A DNA stretch of 64,000 nt from Thermoplasmata archaeon (GTDB lineage: Archaea; Thermoplasmatota; E2; JACPAO01; JAHFTW01): assembly GCA_034667725.1 (NCBI GenBank), contig JAXDQS010000010.1, forward strand, positions 32,001 through 96,000. Reading direction: 5' to 3'. Made by a program: the position numbers and the translations under genes. Below the pieces are notes generated by a model. That model was not told the DNA's origin. It saw only the letters and a list, made by a program, of their open reading frames with translations, and searched no databases. Below are positions 1 through 9,186 of this stretch, in pieces (within the stretch, counting starts at the first letter, position 1; the number at the start of each line of letters is the position of its first letter).

Positions 1-231
1 GTCCCGGCGACCACTCCATCGGCCCGCGCGGCATCATCCACGGCGCTCCATCGCCCAAGCCCGTTCGACCCGCCCGGGCGGCTGGACCGCGCTGCGCGGC
101 GGTCCCGCCGCCGACCCGGTGTTTCGGAGCGCTCCCAAGTCTCGCAAACTGTTCCCGCTTCGGCCACACGAGTTAGAAAGGACCGCCGGAAGCCGGAGCC
201 CGCGGCACAAGTGCCGCACGGTGCCCCCGCC

Positions 232-2856
232 ATGACGCGCTCCCTGTCCGTCGCCTGCCTCGCCCTGCTGGCCATGGCCGCCCTGTCCCCCGTCGTCCCG
301 GCCTCGCAAGGCACGCCCGCGGGCGACTGCACCGTGGTCCTGTTCCTGCTGGACGACGGCGCCCGCGACCAGGCCGTGCGCCAGGCCACCTTGGCCTCCA
401 CGCCAGGCCTGAGCCTGCTAGGACGCAGCGACGGCAACCCCGGCGGCCACCGCGACGCCGTGGCCGCGTCCCTCTGTGCCCCGGCCCTCGACCCCTGCCA
501 AACCCTGGCGGCCTTGGACGCCGCCGCCTTCCCCACCGCCATCCTGGGCTGCGCCGGCGCCCCGGACTCCTGCACGGAGGCCTTCACGGGCGACTTGGAG
601 CTGGCCCTGGAAGGAGGCGACTGCACCGAGCTGCCCGACCCATGCGACGAGCAGACCGGCAGCGTGGTGGACGCCTACGGCGACGGCGAGCTGGTGGCCG
701 TGGACTTCTGCGACCCCGAGCCCTGCCTGCCGGCGGCCGTGCCCGCGTCGCTGCGCGACTCGGTAGGGCCGCCCTGCCCCGAGCCCGCCGTGTGCCTGCC
801 CGTGGCGCCGCCCGTGGACCTGCGCGACACGCCGCCGACCTGCGAGCCTGACCCGTGCCTCGACTGCCTGCCATGCCTGGACTGCCTGCCGCCCATCGAC
901 CCCGACGCGTGCCTGCCCGTCCCGGTGCCCGTCGTCCTGCGCGACACGGTGGGCGAGTGCGAGCCCGAGCCCTGCACGGCCTGCCCGGAGCCTTGCGACC
1001 CCGGCCTCACGCCGGAGGCGAACGGCGGGGAGCCGTGCCCGGTGCCCGAGCCCTGCGCCCAGGATGGCGGCTGCGTCATCGACGCCTGCACAGTCCTCCT
1101 TGACTTCGGCCTGCCCTGCGACCCCCTGCCGTGCCTGTCTAGCAGCCGCGGCTGCGCGCCCCGCTGCGACGTGGTGCGCCTCCACATCGACGCCCTCGGC
1201 TTCCTGAGCCCCACGACGACCCCGGACGCCTGCGAGGCCACCTGCCTCCTGAACTCGGCCTTCGCCTCCGACGAGTCCAGCATGGAGGGCCAATGCAAGG
1301 AACACGCCTGCCTCCAGCCTGCCTCAGGGACGCTGACGTTCCGGGTGCCCTACGCCTGCCTGCCGTGCTACATCTACGAGCGCGGCGACGCCATCACGAC
1401 GAACCTAAACTACTACAAGGACACCGACTGCGACCAAGTGGTGGACCGCAAGGACAACTGCGACGCCGTGAAGAACGGCCCCGACGACGGGAACGGCCGC
1501 GGCCAGACCGAGGACGCCGACCACGACGGCCGCGGCGACGCCTGCGAGACAGACGACGACGCCGACGGCGCCAAGGACCACCGCGACAACTGCCCGACCA
1601 CGCCGAACGACGACCAAGCCGACATGGACGGCGACGGCCAAGGCGACAAGTGCGACGACGACCTGGACGGCGACGGCGATGCGAACGACTCCGACAACTG
1701 CCCGAAGGTGCCGAACAACGACCAGACGAACACCAATGAGCATGGGCCGGACGCCGACGCGGAGGGCGATGCCTGCGACGATGACGACGATGGCGACCGC
1801 GACAACGACGACGTGGACAACTGTCCACGCGACTCAAACCCTGGTCAGGAGGACGCGGACGAGGACGGCGAGGGCGACGTGTGCGACACGGACTCGGACA
1901 CGGACGGCGACGGCGTGAAGGACCACACCGACAACTGCGTCGAGGACGAGAACACCGACCAGAGGGACCTAGACCGCGACGGCAAGGGCGATGCCTGCGA
2001 GGACGACACGGACGGCGACGGCGACCTGGACACGGGCGACAACTGCCCCGCCAACGCCAACCCGGACCAAGCCGACCTGGACGGCGACGGCGCGGGCGAC
2101 ACCTGCGACCCCGACCTCGACGGCGACGGCATCCCCAACGGGGGCGACAACTGCCCCCGCGACGCCAACCCCACCCAGGCCAACTACGACGGGGTGGGAC
2201 AGGGCGACGCCTGCTCGGACGCCGACCGCGACGAGCTGCGCGACGACGTGGACAACTGCCCCGGCAACCACAACCCCGGCCAAGCCGACTGGAACGGCAA
2301 CGGCATCGGGGACGCCTGCGAGGGCGGCGGCGACACCGACGGCGACGGCCTAGGAAACGACGTGGACAACTGCCCGGTGGACTGGAACGGCGACCAGCGC
2401 GACCGCGACGGCGACGGTCGCGGCGACGCTTGCGACACCGACCGCGACGGCGACGGCCAGCCGAACACGAGCGACCCGTGCCCCAACGACTATGGCAGCG
2501 GCGCCCCCTGCCCCTACGACACGGGGTCCAACGCTGATGGCGACCACGTTCCCGACTCGGCCGACAACTGCCCGACGCAACCGAACCCCGGCCAAGCCGA
2601 CACGGACGGCGACGGCGATGGGAACGCCTGCGACACGGACGACGACAATGACGGCGTGGACGACGTTGCCGACAACTGCGACGTGGAGGCGAACCCCGGC
2701 CAGGAGAACCGCTACGGCGGACGCCTCGGGGACGCCTGCGACGACTCGGACGTGGACACCGTCATCGACGCCTACGACAACTGCGTCTATGCCTACAACG
2801 ACGACCAGCTCGACACCGACGGCGACGGCGTTGGCGACGCCTGCGACAGCGGCTAA
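232..2856 (+). CDS. Secreted Cys-rich protein with thrombospondin type 3 (TSP3) Ca-binding repeats
   Basis: Signal peptide MTRSLSVACLALLAMAALSP; about 12 DNC(P)...N..Q.D.D.DG.GDACD units in the C-terminal half; Cys/Pro-rich N-terminal half. ATG 232 chosen over GTG 211. Confidence 0.85.
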   Translation: MTRSLSVACLALLAMAALSPVVPASQGTPAGDCTVVLFLLDDGARDQAVRQATLASTPGLSLLGRSDGNPGGHRDAVAASLCAPALDPCQTLAALDAAAFPTAILGCAGAPDSCTEAFTGDLELALEGGDCTELPDPCDEQTGSVVDAYGDGELVAVDFCDPEPCLPAAVPASLRDSVGPPCPEPAVCLPVAPPVDLRDTPPTCEPDPCLDCLPCLDCLPPIDPDACLPVPVPVVLRDTVGECEPEPCTACPEPCDPGLTPEANGGEPCPVPEPCAQDGGCVIDACTVLLDFGLPCDPLPCLSSSRGCAPRCDVVRLHIDALGFLSPTTTPDACEATCLLNSAFASDESSMEGQCKEHACLQPASGTLTFRVPYACLPCYIYERGDAITTNLNYYKDTDCDQVVDRKDNCDAVKNGPDDGNGRGQTEDADHDGRGDACETDDDADGAKDHRDNCPTTPNDDQADMDGDGQGDKCDDDLDGDGDANDSDNCPKVPNNDQTNTNEHGPDADAEGDACDDDDDGDRDNDDVDNCPRDSNPGQEDADEDGEGDVCDTDSDTDGDGVKDHTDNCVEDENTDQRDLDRDGKGDACEDDTDGDGDLDTGDNCPANANPDQADLDGDGAGDTCDPDLDGDGIPNGGDNCPRDANPTQANYDGVGQGDACSDADRDELRDDVDNCPGNHNPGQADWNGNGIGDACEGGGDTDGDGLGNDVDNCPVDWNGDQRDRDGDGRGDACDTDRDGDGQPNTSDPCPNDYGSGAPCPYDTGSNADGDHVPDSADNCPTQPNPGQADTDGDGDGNACDTDDDNDGVDDVADNCDVEANPGQENRYGGRLGDACDDSDVDTVIDAYDNCVYAYNDDQLDTDGDGVGDACDSG

Positions 2857-2868
2857 GGAGGCCTGCCC

Positions 2869-3759
2869 ATGAAGCCCGCCTTCCTCATCGTCGCGGCCTT
2901 GCTGCTGGCCGGTTGCGGCGGCGACCCGGACGACCGCAAGGACCCCGCGACATGCCGCGATGACTACACGCCGGTCGGGGACACCCAGCCCGGCGTGGCC
3001 ACGGTGCCCGTGCCGGTGCGCCTCATCAATGGCCTGACCGGCGCCGGCCTCCAGTCCGTCGTCGGCGTGTGGGCCCGCGGCGACGTTCCGTCCGGCGGCG
3101 ACACGAAAGGCGAGGACGCCTGCACCCTCGCCCTGGGCAAGACCGACCTGAACGGGCGCGTGGTGCTGCACACGGCACCTGGAACGTGGCACATCATCCA
3201 CCCCGGCATCGCCACCGTGGGCAAGACGTTCTGGACGTTCGAGGTGGCGGAGAACATCACGGTCGCGGAGGGTATGGGGGAGGTGGTCATTCCCGTGTGG
3301 CCGGGGGAGCAGACGTTCACCCTAACGGGGAGTCTGGAAGGGGTGGACGCGACTGGGGACTCGGAGACTGCCCAGCGGTTCCGCTTGTTTGGGGACGCCT
3401 ACGACGAGCGCGGGAGCCTGCTTCGGATGCGCCGCCCCGGCGAGCCGGCTTCCGACATGAGCATCGGGAACGTTACGCTGGCATGGACGAACGAGCCGAC
3501 CCGCGCCGCCGACCTGGGGTTCCGCTTCTTCTACGGCGACCAGTATGCCGGCGGCTTCACGGACCAGCAGGAAGGCACCGACCTAGGACCACAGCAGGAA
3601 ACCCTGCCGGGCCAGTCGTTCGCGTCTGAAGTCCGCCTGGGGGCCCTGGCGGACGGCCTGTTCATCGAAGTCTCCGACACCGGCCAACTGCTGGCCCCTC
3701 AAGGCATCCCCTTCACCCTGACCATCACGGCCCGTTTCACCGGGCGGGTGGCGGCATGA
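2869..3759 (+). CDS. Putative lipoprotein
   Basis: Lipobox LLLAGC; AGGAGG upstream; 12 nt after the TSP3 gene. Confidence 0.75.
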   Translation: MKPAFLIVAALLLAGCGGDPDDRKDPATCRDDYTPVGDTQPGVATVPVPVRLINGLTGAGLQSVVGVWARGDVPSGGDTKGEDACTLALGKTDLNGRVVLHTAPGTWHIIHPGIATVGKTFWTFEVAENITVAEGMGEVVIPVWPGEQTFTLTGSLEGVDATGDSETAQRFRLFGDAYDERGSLLRMRRPGEPASDMSIGNVTLAWTNEPTRAADLGFRFFYGDQYAGGFTDQQEGTDLGPQQETLPGQSFASEVRLGALADGLFIEVSDTGQLLAPQGIPFTLTITARFTGRVAA

Positions 3760-4067
3760 CGGCCGAACAGGTGGCGGGTCAAGGAGCGTCCCCGACGTTC
3801 TGGTCTTGGCGCAATCTCGCCGGAGGCGCCTGCGGGCTCCTGGCTGGCGTCTTGTTGGCCTTGGGCGCCGCCGAGATCCTTCTGGGAAGCTTCGGCGGGG
3901 TCGCCGGGCTGGAACTGATGGCGGGCGGCTTAGGCGCCCTGATCAGCTACCTCCTGACCTCCAAGCCGAACCTAAGCCGCCGTGCCCGCTGGGTCCTCGC
4001 CGCCGCTGCCGCCTTGGTCATCCTCGCCGTGTTCCTGGCCGTCTATGGGCCGCCCGCCTGGACCTAA
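3756..4067 (+). CDS. Small membrane protein (about 3 TM)
   Basis: Three hydrophobic segments; ATGA overlap with the upstream gene. Confidence 0.65.
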   Translation: MTAEQVAGQGASPTFWSWRNLAGGACGLLAGVLLALGAAEILLGSFGGVAGLELMAGGLGALISYLLTSKPNLSRRARWVLAAAAALVILAVFLAVYGPPAWT

Positions 4068-4542
4068 CCCAAGGGTCGCCGGCAAGCGACGAGGAACAGC
4101 ATCGGCCCGCGCGGGTCCTCGCTACGCTGCGGGCCGCGCAACCAAAGAGGAGTGGTGTGGCGAGGGAAGCTCGCTGGCGCACCGGGGCTTGGCGGCCGGC
4201 GCCCTGGGCCGGCCGCAGCCCCTGGCATCGGCCCTGCGGGCCGGGCGGGGCCTGCCGGCCCCGCGAACGCGCCTAGGCGGCCCGTGGCCCGCCGTGGGCC
4301 CGGAACGTGGCTGGCCTTGGCTGGGGCTGGGCCCTGCCGCCCGTCCTGGCCTAGACTGGCACTCGCTTGGACCGTGGCTTGGCTCCCCTTCCGCGACCGC
4401 TCCCGGACTCGCCCGCCCCGGACCCTGCGACCGCCCGACCGGCTAGACGGACGACCGGACCCGGCTCCCGCCCGGACCTGCCACGAGCCCACGACGACCC
4501 CCGCCGCCCCGGCGAAGTGAAACGACTGGAACCCCCCGACCG

Positions 4543-4826
4543 CCCGGTTCCAGACCTCCCCCACCTCCACGCAAGGCGGCCCGCCGGCATGGCTGGCGGG
4601 CGTTCTGCCGCGCGACGAACTAGGGCAAGCAACCCATCGGCTTTCCAAGTTGAAGCGCGGGAGCATGGCATCCACGCTTGCGAGCTTTCTCTGGTGTGTC
4701 CGTCGGCCTTTAGTCCCGTCAGAGTATCCGTCCATACGGACCCTTTAGGGGGTCCGTAAGTCGGCACTAAGACGGTCTAAGCCGTCGGTCCCAAGGAACC
4801 CCCAAACCCGGTTCCAAACCTCCCCC
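4543..4826. repeat. 20-bp direct repeat pair (CCCGGTTCCA[G/A]ACCTCCCCC) flanking hairpins
   Basis: 4543-4562 vs 4807-4826, 19/20 identical, each preceded by GGAACCCCC; 9-bp stem TACGGACCC/GGGTCCGTA at 4735-4758. Confidence 0.7.
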
Positions 4827-4866
4827 GCCCGACAAGGAAAACGAAGGTTGCACCAAAGAGAGAGTA

Positions 4867-4905
4867 TGGGACCTCTCGACGTCGGTTCGAATCCGACAAG
4901 GCCCA
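4867..4905 (+). mobile_element. 3' half of a tRNA (probably tRNA-Pro TGG); likely att site of an integrated element
   Basis: TGG-GA-CCTCT-CGAC-GTCGG-TTCGAAT-CCGAC-AAGGCCC-A maps onto tRNA positions 34-73; no GGGCCTT 5' acceptor strand or D-arm found upstream. Confidence 0.7.
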
Positions 4906-5068
4906 TCGAAGCTGGGCGCGGCGCCCCTCGCAGCCCGCCTGCCCAAAAACGGGGCCGGCCTCCTGAAAACCCGGCCGCGTCACGGCCACTAGCCTTGACC
5001 CCGCTGCTTCCGGTGCAACGGGGCTTCCGCTGGCAACCCTTTTGCGGCGACCCCGGGATGCGGCCGTC

Positions 5069-5326
5069 ATGCGCACCGCCCTGCTCCTTGGCGCCGCAAG
5101 CCTGCTCGCGTTCGCCGTCCTGGCCCCTGCGGCCTCGGCGACCTGCACCGTTCCTCCGGGCCCGCCCATCGGCGTCGGCTGCTCGCTCCTGCCCATCCCT
5201 GCGGGCGACGTCACCGACGTCCTCGAGCACGTCATCGGCTGGGCGTCCTGCAACGCCATCGTCACGGTCCAGAACGCGGACCGGGTCGCCACCTACTACG
5301 GCACCTGGGCCATCAGCTGCATCTAG
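5069..5326 (+). CDS. Small secreted Cys-containing protein
   Basis: Signal peptide MRTALLLGAASLLAFAVLAPAASA; four Cys; host-like codon usage. Confidence 0.65.
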   Translation: MRTALLLGAASLLAFAVLAPAASATCTVPPGPPIGVGCSLLPIPAGDVTDVLEHVIGWASCNAIVTVQNADRVATYYGTWAISCI

Positions 5327-5372
5327 GCCGGCAAGGATTCCACTTAAGAACACGGCGCGTGTCGTCGCGGCC

Positions 5373-7292
5373 GTGGCGCATTTCACGGTCCGCGAGGCCG
5401 AGGAGCTCTACCAGGTTCCGGGCTGGGCCGACGGGTATTACCGCATCACGGGCACGGGCACGCTGGCCGTGCGCCCGCTCGGGCCGGACGGCCCCGAGGT
5501 CGACCTGCACGAGGTCGTCTCGACCTTGGCCGAGCAGGGCGTGGACACGCCGCTCACGATGCGCTTTCCCCAGATCCTGCAGCACCGCGTCGACCGCCTC
5601 AACAAGGCGTTCCTGAAGGCGCTCAAGGACAACGGCATCAAGGACGTCCAGTACCGCGGCGTGTTCCCGATCAAGGTCAACCAACGCAAGGAGGTCGTGC
5701 AGACGCTCACGAAGTCCGGCCGCAAGTGGAGCTACGGCCTCGAGGTCGGCTCCAAGGCGGAGCTGGTGGCGGCCCTCACGATGGACCAGAACCGCAAGTC
5801 GCTGCTGGTCGTCAACGGCTTCAAGGACCGCCCCTTTTTGGAGGCGGCCTGCGAGGCGACCTACTTCAAGGACGAGGTCATCATCGTGCTGGACGAGGTC
5901 GGCGAGCTCGACGTCCTGCTGCCCTTGATGGCCGAGCAGGAGCACAAGCCCATCCTCGGCATCCGCCTCAAGCTCCGGTCGAAGGCGCCAGGCAAGTGGG
6001 CGCTCTCCGGCGGCGAGCGCGCCAAGTTCGGCCTCACCATCCCCGAGGTGCTGTACGCCGTCGAGCGCATCACCGAGGCCGGCCTGCTGGACCGCCTGCA
6101 GATGCTGCACTTCCACATCGGCTCGCAGATCTCCGACATCCGCCGCATCACGCAGGGCGTCCGCGAGGCCGCGCGCATCCATGCCGAGCTGCACAAGATG
6201 GGCGTTCCCCTGAAGTACATCGACGTCGGCGGCGGCATGGCGGTGGACTACGACGGCTCCGGCTCCTCGGGCTCCAACTCCGCGAACTACACGATGGAGG
6301 AGTACGCCTCGTCGATCGTGGCGCAGCTCAAGGACGTGTGCGACGAGGCCGAGATTCCGGTCCCGCACATCATCAACGAGTCCGGCCGCAGCGTCGTGTC
6401 GCACCACGCCGTCCTGATCGTGGACGTCGTGCGCCGCGTCCCTTACCTCGACATGCAGGTGGACCCGGCCGGCGCCCGCGACGACGACCCGACCTCGCTG
6501 TGGAACCTGTACGCCACCTACGACAACCTGAGCGCCAAGAACGTCTTCGAGTCGTTCCATGACGCCATCCAGTACCGCGAGGACCTGCAGAGCCTGTTCG
6601 ACCTTGGCCACTTGGGCCTCACCTCGCTGGGCCGCGCCGAGACCGTGTTCCGCGGCATCCTGGGCAAGGTCCGCGACATCCTCAAGGACGAGGAGGAGAC
6701 CGAGGCGGAGGAGTACGAGCAGGCCAACTCGCTCGCCAGCCAGAAGCTGGTGTGCAACTTCTCGCTGTTCCAGAGCCTCCCCGACGTGTGGGGCGTCAAG
6801 CAGCAGTTCCCCATCCTGCCCATCCACCGGCTCCGGGAGCGCCCCGACGAGACCACGACGCTGGCCGACATCACGTGCGACTCCGACGGCGAGATTCGGC
6901 GCTTCATCGACCCCGAGGGCAGCAAGGCCAGCCTCACCACCCACAAGCTCCGCAAGGGCGAGCCCTACTACCTCGCGATGGCGCTCGTGGGCGCCTACCA
7001 AGACACCCTCGGCGACTACCACAACCTGTTCGGCGAGACCAACGAGGCGTGGATCGAGGTGGACCCCGAAGGCGAAGGCTGGACGCTCACCCGCATGGCC
7101 CCCGGCAGCAAGGTCAGCGACATGCTGCGCTGGGTCCGCTACAACCCCGCCGAGATGAAGGAGTCCCTCAAGGACCGCATCAAGCGCATGAAGGACAACG
7201 GCAAGATCGACGCCGCCACCGCCCGCGCCCTGGGCGAGCGCTTCGTGCGCCTCATCGACAGCTCGACCTACCTCGAGCCGACCCGGAACTGA
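5373..7292 (+). CDS. speA: Biosynthetic arginine decarboxylase (PLP-dependent, bacterial type)
   Basis: FPIKVNQ (PLP Lys), GLEVGSKAEL, HFHIGSQI, DVGGG, ESGR, NFSLFQSLPD, DITCDSDG, GAYQ motifs. GTG 5373 lies about 25-30 nt after a TTAAGA box. Confidence 0.93.
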   Translation: MAHFTVREAEELYQVPGWADGYYRITGTGTLAVRPLGPDGPEVDLHEVVSTLAEQGVDTPLTMRFPQILQHRVDRLNKAFLKALKDNGIKDVQYRGVFPIKVNQRKEVVQTLTKSGRKWSYGLEVGSKAELVAALTMDQNRKSLLVVNGFKDRPFLEAACEATYFKDEVIIVLDEVGELDVLLPLMAEQEHKPILGIRLKLRSKAPGKWALSGGERAKFGLTIPEVLYAVERITEAGLLDRLQMLHFHIGSQISDIRRITQGVREAARIHAELHKMGVPLKYIDVGGGMAVDYDGSGSSGSNSANYTMEEYASSIVAQLKDVCDEAEIPVPHIINESGRSVVSHHAVLIVDVVRRVPYLDMQVDPAGARDDDPTSLWNLYATYDNLSAKNVFESFHDAIQYREDLQSLFDLGHLGLTSLGRAETVFRGILGKVRDILKDEEETEAEEYEQANSLASQKLVCNFSLFQSLPDVWGVKQQFPILPIHRLRERPDETTTLADITCDSDGEIRRFIDPEGSKASLTTHKLRKGEPYYLAMALVGAYQDTLGDYHNLFGETNEAWIEVDPEGEGWTLTRMAPGSKVSDMLRWVRYNPAEMKESLKDRIKRMKDNGKIDAATARALGERFVRLIDSSTYLEPTRN

Positions 7293-7294
7293 CC

Positions 7295-7537
7295 ATGCAG
7301 CACGGCAACCCCTGGCGCGTCTTCGTGGCGGCCTTGGTCGCCGCGTTCGTGCTGTGTCTCCTGTTCATGGCGACGGCGCTCTATTGGCGGCTGCACGACG
7401 GCGCCGTCACCGAGGCGCAGTTCAGCACCCTCTTGGCCCTGCTGCGGAACCTGACGTACCCGTTGGCGTTCGTGGCGCTGGGGGCCTTGCTGGTGCATTA
7501 CGTCAAGCTGGAGCGCGGGGACTACGCCCGGCGCTGA
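7295..7537 (+). CDS. Small 2-TM membrane protein
   Basis: MQHGNPWRVFVAALVAAF...; starts 2 nt after the speA stop. Confidence 0.6.
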   Translation: MQHGNPWRVFVAALVAAFVLCLLFMATALYWRLHDGAVTEAQFSTLLALLRNLTYPLAFVALGALLVHYVKLERGDYARR

Positions 7538-7581
7538 GCGGTTTCCCAAAACTCATCCACCCCCCGCCGCTCGTTCCTCCC

Positions 7582-8403
7582 ATGGACGTGCCCGGCCTGC
7601 CCGCCCGCCTGCGCTTCACGCTGCGCCGCGAGCTTGCGAGCCTGGAGGCGCAGCTGGAGGAGGGCGAGCGGGTCCGCGCCGCCACCGACGGCGCCCTCGA
7701 CGGCACCAACGGGCTGCTGGCGGCCACGTCGCAGCGCCTGCTGTGGGTCCCGTCGCGCGGCAAGGTGCTGGCGTGGGACTACGGCGAGGTCGACGGGCTC
7801 GGCGTCGAGGTCGGCCGCGACGACGCCACCGTGACGGTGCGCGCCGGGGTCGAGGAGACCCTCACCGGCTGCGACCGCGACGCGGCGCGCGCGGTGGCCA
7901 AGGCGGTCGAAGAAGGGGCGCCGCGCCGCAGCTTCCGCTGGGTGCAGCTGGTCGACGACCCGAAGGACGCGACCCCGCAGGCGACCCCCGCGTTCCGGCG
8001 CCGCATGGAGACGCTCGAGCGGCAACTGGAGAAGGGCGCCTTGACCGACGCGGAGTTCCGCGCCAACCGCCGCCGCCTGCTGGAGGAGTCTGGGCTTCCC
8101 ACAGACCTTGAGCTTGGGATGCCAACCAAGGGGCCGGTGCTGCCGCTGGAGCCGAGGCAGGCGCCGCCGGCGTGGCCCGACCGCTCCAAGCGCCCCGCCA
8201 AGCCGATGCTGGGCGAGCCGGACTGGCCGGAGGCGAAGCTCCAGGAGCCGGCCCCGAAGGCGCCCAAGGAGTGGACCGGCGAGCAGCGCGCCGCCGGGCG
8301 CAAGGCCGCCGACGGCAAAAGCGAGGCGCCCGCGTGGCGGGACGAGCCGAAGCGGGGCAAGCCGCCCACGAAGTTCAGCGACTGGCCCGAACACCGCTAC
8401 TAG
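7582..8403 (+). CDS. PH-domain (bPH_3-like) protein with SHOCT-like helix and Pro-rich tail
   Basis: LEEGERV...GLLAATSQRLLW PH-like motif; LERQLEKGALTDAEF SHOCT-like motif. Confidence 0.65.
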   Translation: MDVPGLPARLRFTLRRELASLEAQLEEGERVRAATDGALDGTNGLLAATSQRLLWVPSRGKVLAWDYGEVDGLGVEVGRDDATVTVRAGVEETLTGCDRDAARAVAKAVEEGAPRRSFRWVQLVDDPKDATPQATPAFRRRMETLERQLEKGALTDAEFRANRRRLLEESGLPTDLELGMPTKGPVLPLEPRQAPPAWPDRSKRPAKPMLGEPDWPEAKLQEPAPKAPKEWTGEQRAAGRKAADGKSEAPAWRDEPKRGKPPTKFSDWPEHRY

Positions 8404-8721
8404 TCGAACGGAATGGCGACCTGGGGCCAGGTGCTCCGTTGCTACGGAGCGGTGGTGGTCGGTGGTTGCATGAGGCCCGGCGGTGAGCCGGACGGCCCCA
8501 GGTCGCCCGCACCATGGGTGCGGAGGCTACGGCCTCAACGGGATGAACGACTTCGGGTGCATATACCTAACTTCCATGGACTTACGTAGTCTTAGGCGCA
8601 GACGGGCCGATTGGCCCGGTCCGACGCCCTCAAGCAGGATGCCGGACAAGGAGAGCGTCCTTCCGGAGTCCAAATAGGTGCGCCGCAAAGGTGAAGATGG
8701 CGGCAGGACCGAATAGAAGCC

Positions 8722-8994
8722 ATGTCCTGGCAAGAGACGCAGCGCAGCATGCCGCCGGTGCCCGCATCGGTGCAAATCATCCTGGGGAAGCTGCAAGGCC
8801 ACAAACCGATGACCGGCAAGGAGCTGCGGGAGGCCACGGGGCTGCCGCGCCGCACCATCTACACCGCCCTCCGGAAGCTGCGCGAGCTCGGGGTCCTGCG
8901 CGAACGGCAAAGCCTGCGCGACACCCGCCAGACCTACTTCTGGATCCCGGAAGGCGGCGGACAGAGCCAAGAGGGGCAGCCGCAGCACGCCTAG
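8722..8994 (+). CDS. Small winged-helix transcription regulator
   Basis: MTGKELREATGLPRRTIYTALRKL HTH followed by the archaeal-type SLRDTRQTYF wing. Confidence 0.8.
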   Translation: MSWQETQRSMPPVPASVQIILGKLQGHKPMTGKELREATGLPRRTIYTALRKLRELGVLRERQSLRDTRQTYFWIPEGGGQSQEGQPQHA

Positions 8995-9186
8995 GCGGCC
9001 AGCTATCTGTCGGGTCCGGGTCGGCGCTCACCAAAGTCCAATGTCGTCACGGCCGCGCTGCGGCGTCCGCCCGATGTGCCAGATCATCGCGCCGGCGAAG
9101 CTGAGGCGGCGGCGCGTTTGAAGATGTGCCCTGCAGGCGTCCAAGAAAGGGAGGAGGAAGGGAAAAGGAGGCGATCTGCCGGGACG

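Noticed and set aside
1400-2856. DNA-level repeat array (GACGGCGAC...)
   Set aside because: Fully explained by TSP3 protein repeats.
4575-4625. tRNA-Gly-like 5' half on the minus strand (TAGTTC...GGCAGAACGCC)
   Set aside because: No T-arm and no proper anticodon or acceptor pairing; probably coincidence.
4528-4826. Chromosomal origin (ORB elements)
   Set aside because: Only partial GTTCCA and G-string resemblance; no AT-rich unwinding element and no cdc6/orc1 nearby.
4867-4905. Complete tRNA or tmRNA gene
   Set aside because: No 5' acceptor strand or D-arm upstream, and the context is archaeal.
4848-5372. N-terminal extension of SpeA in the ORF track (814 aa)
   Set aside because: It overlaps the tRNA fragment and a better small gene; SpeA-like sequence starts at about 5373 after a TATA-like box.
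8404-8721. ncRNA upstream of the small wHTH gene
   Set aside because: A few short hairpins only; consistent with a promoter or UTR and no recognisable family.
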